Of a stretch of 64,000 bases of DNA, positions 61,895 to 64,000 are shown in pieces. A program made the position numbers and the translations under genes. The notes under the pieces were generated by a model. That model did no database searches. It saw only the letters and a list, made by a program, of their open reading frames with translations, and was not told where the DNA came from. Numbering within the stretch: position 1 is the first letter of the stretch; the number at the start of each line of letters is the position of its first letter. The DNA comes from an uncultured Chloroflexia bacterium (lineage in GTDB: Bacteria; Chloroflexota; Limnocylindria; Limnocylindrales; CSP1-4): contig CAVRKH010000006.1 in assembly GCA_963721655.1 (NCBI GenBank), forward strand, positions 151,986 to 215,985, in the 5' to 3' direction.

Positions 61895-63427
61895 GGCTGA
61901 TCACGATCGGACCCCCGATCGCGGTCGGCCTGATCGCGTTCGCGCTCGTGGCGCGCGGGCTCCAGCCGGGCCTCGCGTTCTGGGACACGGCCGAGCTGCA
62001 GGTCGTCGCCCCGCTGATGGGCACCGCCCATCCGACCGGCTTCCCGACCTACGTGCTCCTCGGCTGGCTCGCATCGGTCCTCCTCCAGCCGTTCGGCGAA
62101 CCGGCCTTCCGCATGAACCTGTTCTCGGCGATCTGCGTCGCGGTTGCCGCCGGCGTGACGGTGGACCTCGTCCGCGTGCTGACGCGCTCGCGCTGGATCG
62201 GCGCCGTGGCCGGGCTCGGGCTCGTGCTGACACCGCAGGTCTGGGTGATCGGCACGCACGCCGAGGCGCACTCGCTGCACCTCGCGCTCCTCGCCATCCT
62301 GCTCCGTCTGCTCGTCGGGTGGGAGGATCGGCGGCGCGCGCCACCCGACGATCCTCGCCGCGAACGCGCCGACCGCTGGCTCGTGGCCGCGACCGTCGTG
62401 TTCGCCCTCGCGGTCGGCAACCACTCGCTGACACTGCTCCTCGCACCCGCCATCGCGGCCTACGTGATCGCGGTGGAGCCGGGGATCGTGCGGCGCGTGC
62501 GGCTCGTCGCGACCTGTCTCGGGGCACTCGCCGTGACGCTGCTGGTCGTGTACCTCGAGCTGCCCCTGCGCGCCGGCCCGTTCCGCGCGCCGCTCGTCTA
62601 CGGCCAACCGGACACCTGGGACGGGTTCCGCTACATCGTCCTCGCCGAGCAGTTCCGGGGCAGCGTCGACAGCCCGTTCGGCAACCTCGACACCAAGCTG
62701 GTCGATCTCGTCGGACGAACCGCCAGGGAGTTCGGCCTGCTCGCCGTGCTCGTTCCGTTCGGGTTCATCGCCACTGCAATCCGGCGCCCGCGCTACGCGC
62801 TGCTCACCGGCATCGCGCTCGGGCTGACGGTGTTCTTCGCCGCGTCCTACGACAACGCGGCGATCGAGCGCTACTACCTCGGCCCGATCCTCATCTGCTG
62901 GACCTGGCTGGCCATCCTGGTCGCGGCCGTCGTCGACATCCTCGCCCGGGCGCCGGTTCTCCGACGCGTGCGGCAACCTGCACCCCCTGATCCGACCCAT
63001 CGCCGTCGGGGTGCTCGCGACCGGCATCCTCCTCGGTCCGGCGCTGATCGACTTCACCCATCGCGCCCGCGCCGCGGACCGCAGCCATGACACGATCGCC
63101 CAGCGCTGGCTCGACCGGGTGGTCGACGTGCTCGAGCCGAACGCGGTGGTCGTGAGCTGGTGGAGCTACTCGACCCCGCTATGGTATGGAAAGCACATCG
63201 AGGGGCGGCTCCCGGGCGTCGACATCATCGATGATCGGACGCGCCTCGACGAGGATCTTGGGAGCCCCACGGACGTCGTCAACCGCTATCTCGGCGAGCG
63301 TCCGGTCTACGTGATCCGCCTCGACGACTGGCAGGATCTTGAGGAGGAATTCGTCATCGAGCCCGTGCCGATGCCCATGCCCGACAGCCTGTGGCGCGTC
63401 GTCGGGCGACGCGAGGACGCCACGTGA
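61888..63427 (+). CDS. DUF2723 (TMEM260-like) membrane glycosyltransferase candidate; frame broken by one extra base near 62953
   Basis: FWDTAELQVVAPLMGTAHPTGFPTYVLLGWL...FRMNLFSAI resembles the DUF2723 N-terminal signature. The C-terminal soluble domain (VVVSWWSYSTPLWYG...VYVIRLDD) lies in the +1 frame. 1540 nt equals 3n+1. The ATG overlaps the upstream stop (ATGGTGA). Confidence 0.65.
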
Positions 63428-64000
63428 CCGCGCGCGTCCCGCGCCTGTCGTACTTCTTCCCGGCCCACAACGAGGAGGCCAACCTCGCCGGGCTCGTCGA
63501 GGAGGCGCTCGAAACGTTGCCCGGGCTGGCGGACACCTTCGAGATCATCGCCGTCGACGACGGTTCGCGCGACCGCACAGCGGGCGATCGCCGACGAGCT
63601 GGCCGCGGCGCACCCCGACCTCGTGCGCGTCGTCCACCACCCGACGAACCTGGGCTACGGCGCCGCGCTCCGCTCGGGCCTCGGGGCCGCCCGCTACGAG
63701 CTCGTCGCCTTCACCGACGGCGACCGGCAGTTCCGTGTCGCGGATCTCGGCCGCCTGACCGAGCGGCTCGCCGGGGGCGACCAGCCGGATGTCGTCGTGG
63801 GCTTTCGCATCAAGCGCGCCGACCCCCTGGTCCGCACGATCTACGCGCGGCTGTACCGCCTTGCCAACCGCATCTTCTTCGGCCTGAAGATCACCGACGT
63901 CGATTGCGCCTGCAAGCTGTTCCGGCGCGACGCGCTGGAGAGCCTGCGCGTCGAGTCCGGCGGTGCCTTCTTCTCGGCCGAGCTGCTGATCAAGCTGCGG
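63424..64000 (+). CDS. GT2-family polyprenol-phosphate glycosyltransferase (Ppm1/DPM1-like), 3' end outside the window; frame broken by one extra base in the G-run at 63582-63584
   Basis: LSYFFPAHNEEANL...FEIIAVDDGSRDRT, then in the +1 frame AIADELAAAHPDLVRVVHHPTNLGYGAALRSG...AFTDGDRQF...DVDCACKLFRR. The GTG start overlaps the upstream stop (GTGA). Confidence 0.8.
   Translation, partial: MTARVPRLSYFFPAHNEEANLAGLVEEALETLPGLADTFEIIAVDDGSRDRTAGDRRRAGRGAPRPRARRPPPDEPGLRRRAPLGPRGRPLRARRLHRRRPAVPCRGSRPPDRAARRGRPAGCRRGLSHQARRPPGPHDLRAAVPPCQPHLLRPEDHRRRLRLQAVPARRAGEPARRVRRCLLLGRAADQAA

Overview
This is a high-GC (roughly 70%) chromosomal segment carrying about 60 tightly packed genes. I found no tRNA or rRNA genes, CRISPR arrays or mobile elements. 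The gene content points to an Actinomycetota-like, possibly Chloroflexota-like, organism: an F420-type LLM oxidoreductase, HspR, PI/PIM-type lipid genes, TrkA pairs and PMT/DUF2723 glycosyltransferases.

Gene order, left to right:
- livM(partial)-livG-livF
- hpt and small hypothetical genes
- csoR, rsmG and a metallophosphoesterase
- an APC permease-Usp-TrkA-TrkA cluster
- a heat-shock block, hspR-lon-dnaJ(CbpA-like)-clpB
- Nudix, cupin, purH, glpX, an F420-dependent G6PDH-family enzyme and folK
- a MidA/NDUFAF7-like methyltransferase directly upstream of a 15-kb complex I operon
- otsA/otsB, a sortase-like gene, corA, an MFS transporter and small enzymes
- an ArsR-led phosphatidylinositol/glycolipid operon (PIP synthase, ino1, two acyltransferases, a PHP phosphoesterase, a GT4)
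- a block of GT-C membrane glycosyltransferases plus a GT2 polyprenol-phosphate sugar synthase (truncated at the window end)

Main observations:
1. The complex I operon has no canonical nuoE, nuoG or nuoI. Between nuoH and nuoJ it carries a NuoI-half/NuoE-half hybrid gene, a variant NuoF, and a Fer2-GltD-Fer4 protein. This resembles a Bfu/Stn-type NAD(P)H module grafted onto a respiratory complex.
2. An open reading frame of about 1,797 codons fuses two GT-C modules. Its PMT module has a roughly 400-aa insertion in catalytic loop 1.
3. A PHP phosphoesterase sits inside the PI operon.
4. A sortase-like protein has Ser at the position of the catalytic Cys.
5. At least 19 single-base frame disruptions, almost all +1, interrupt otherwise well-conserved genes. 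These are most likely assembly indel errors, and they limit confidence in fine detail everywhere.
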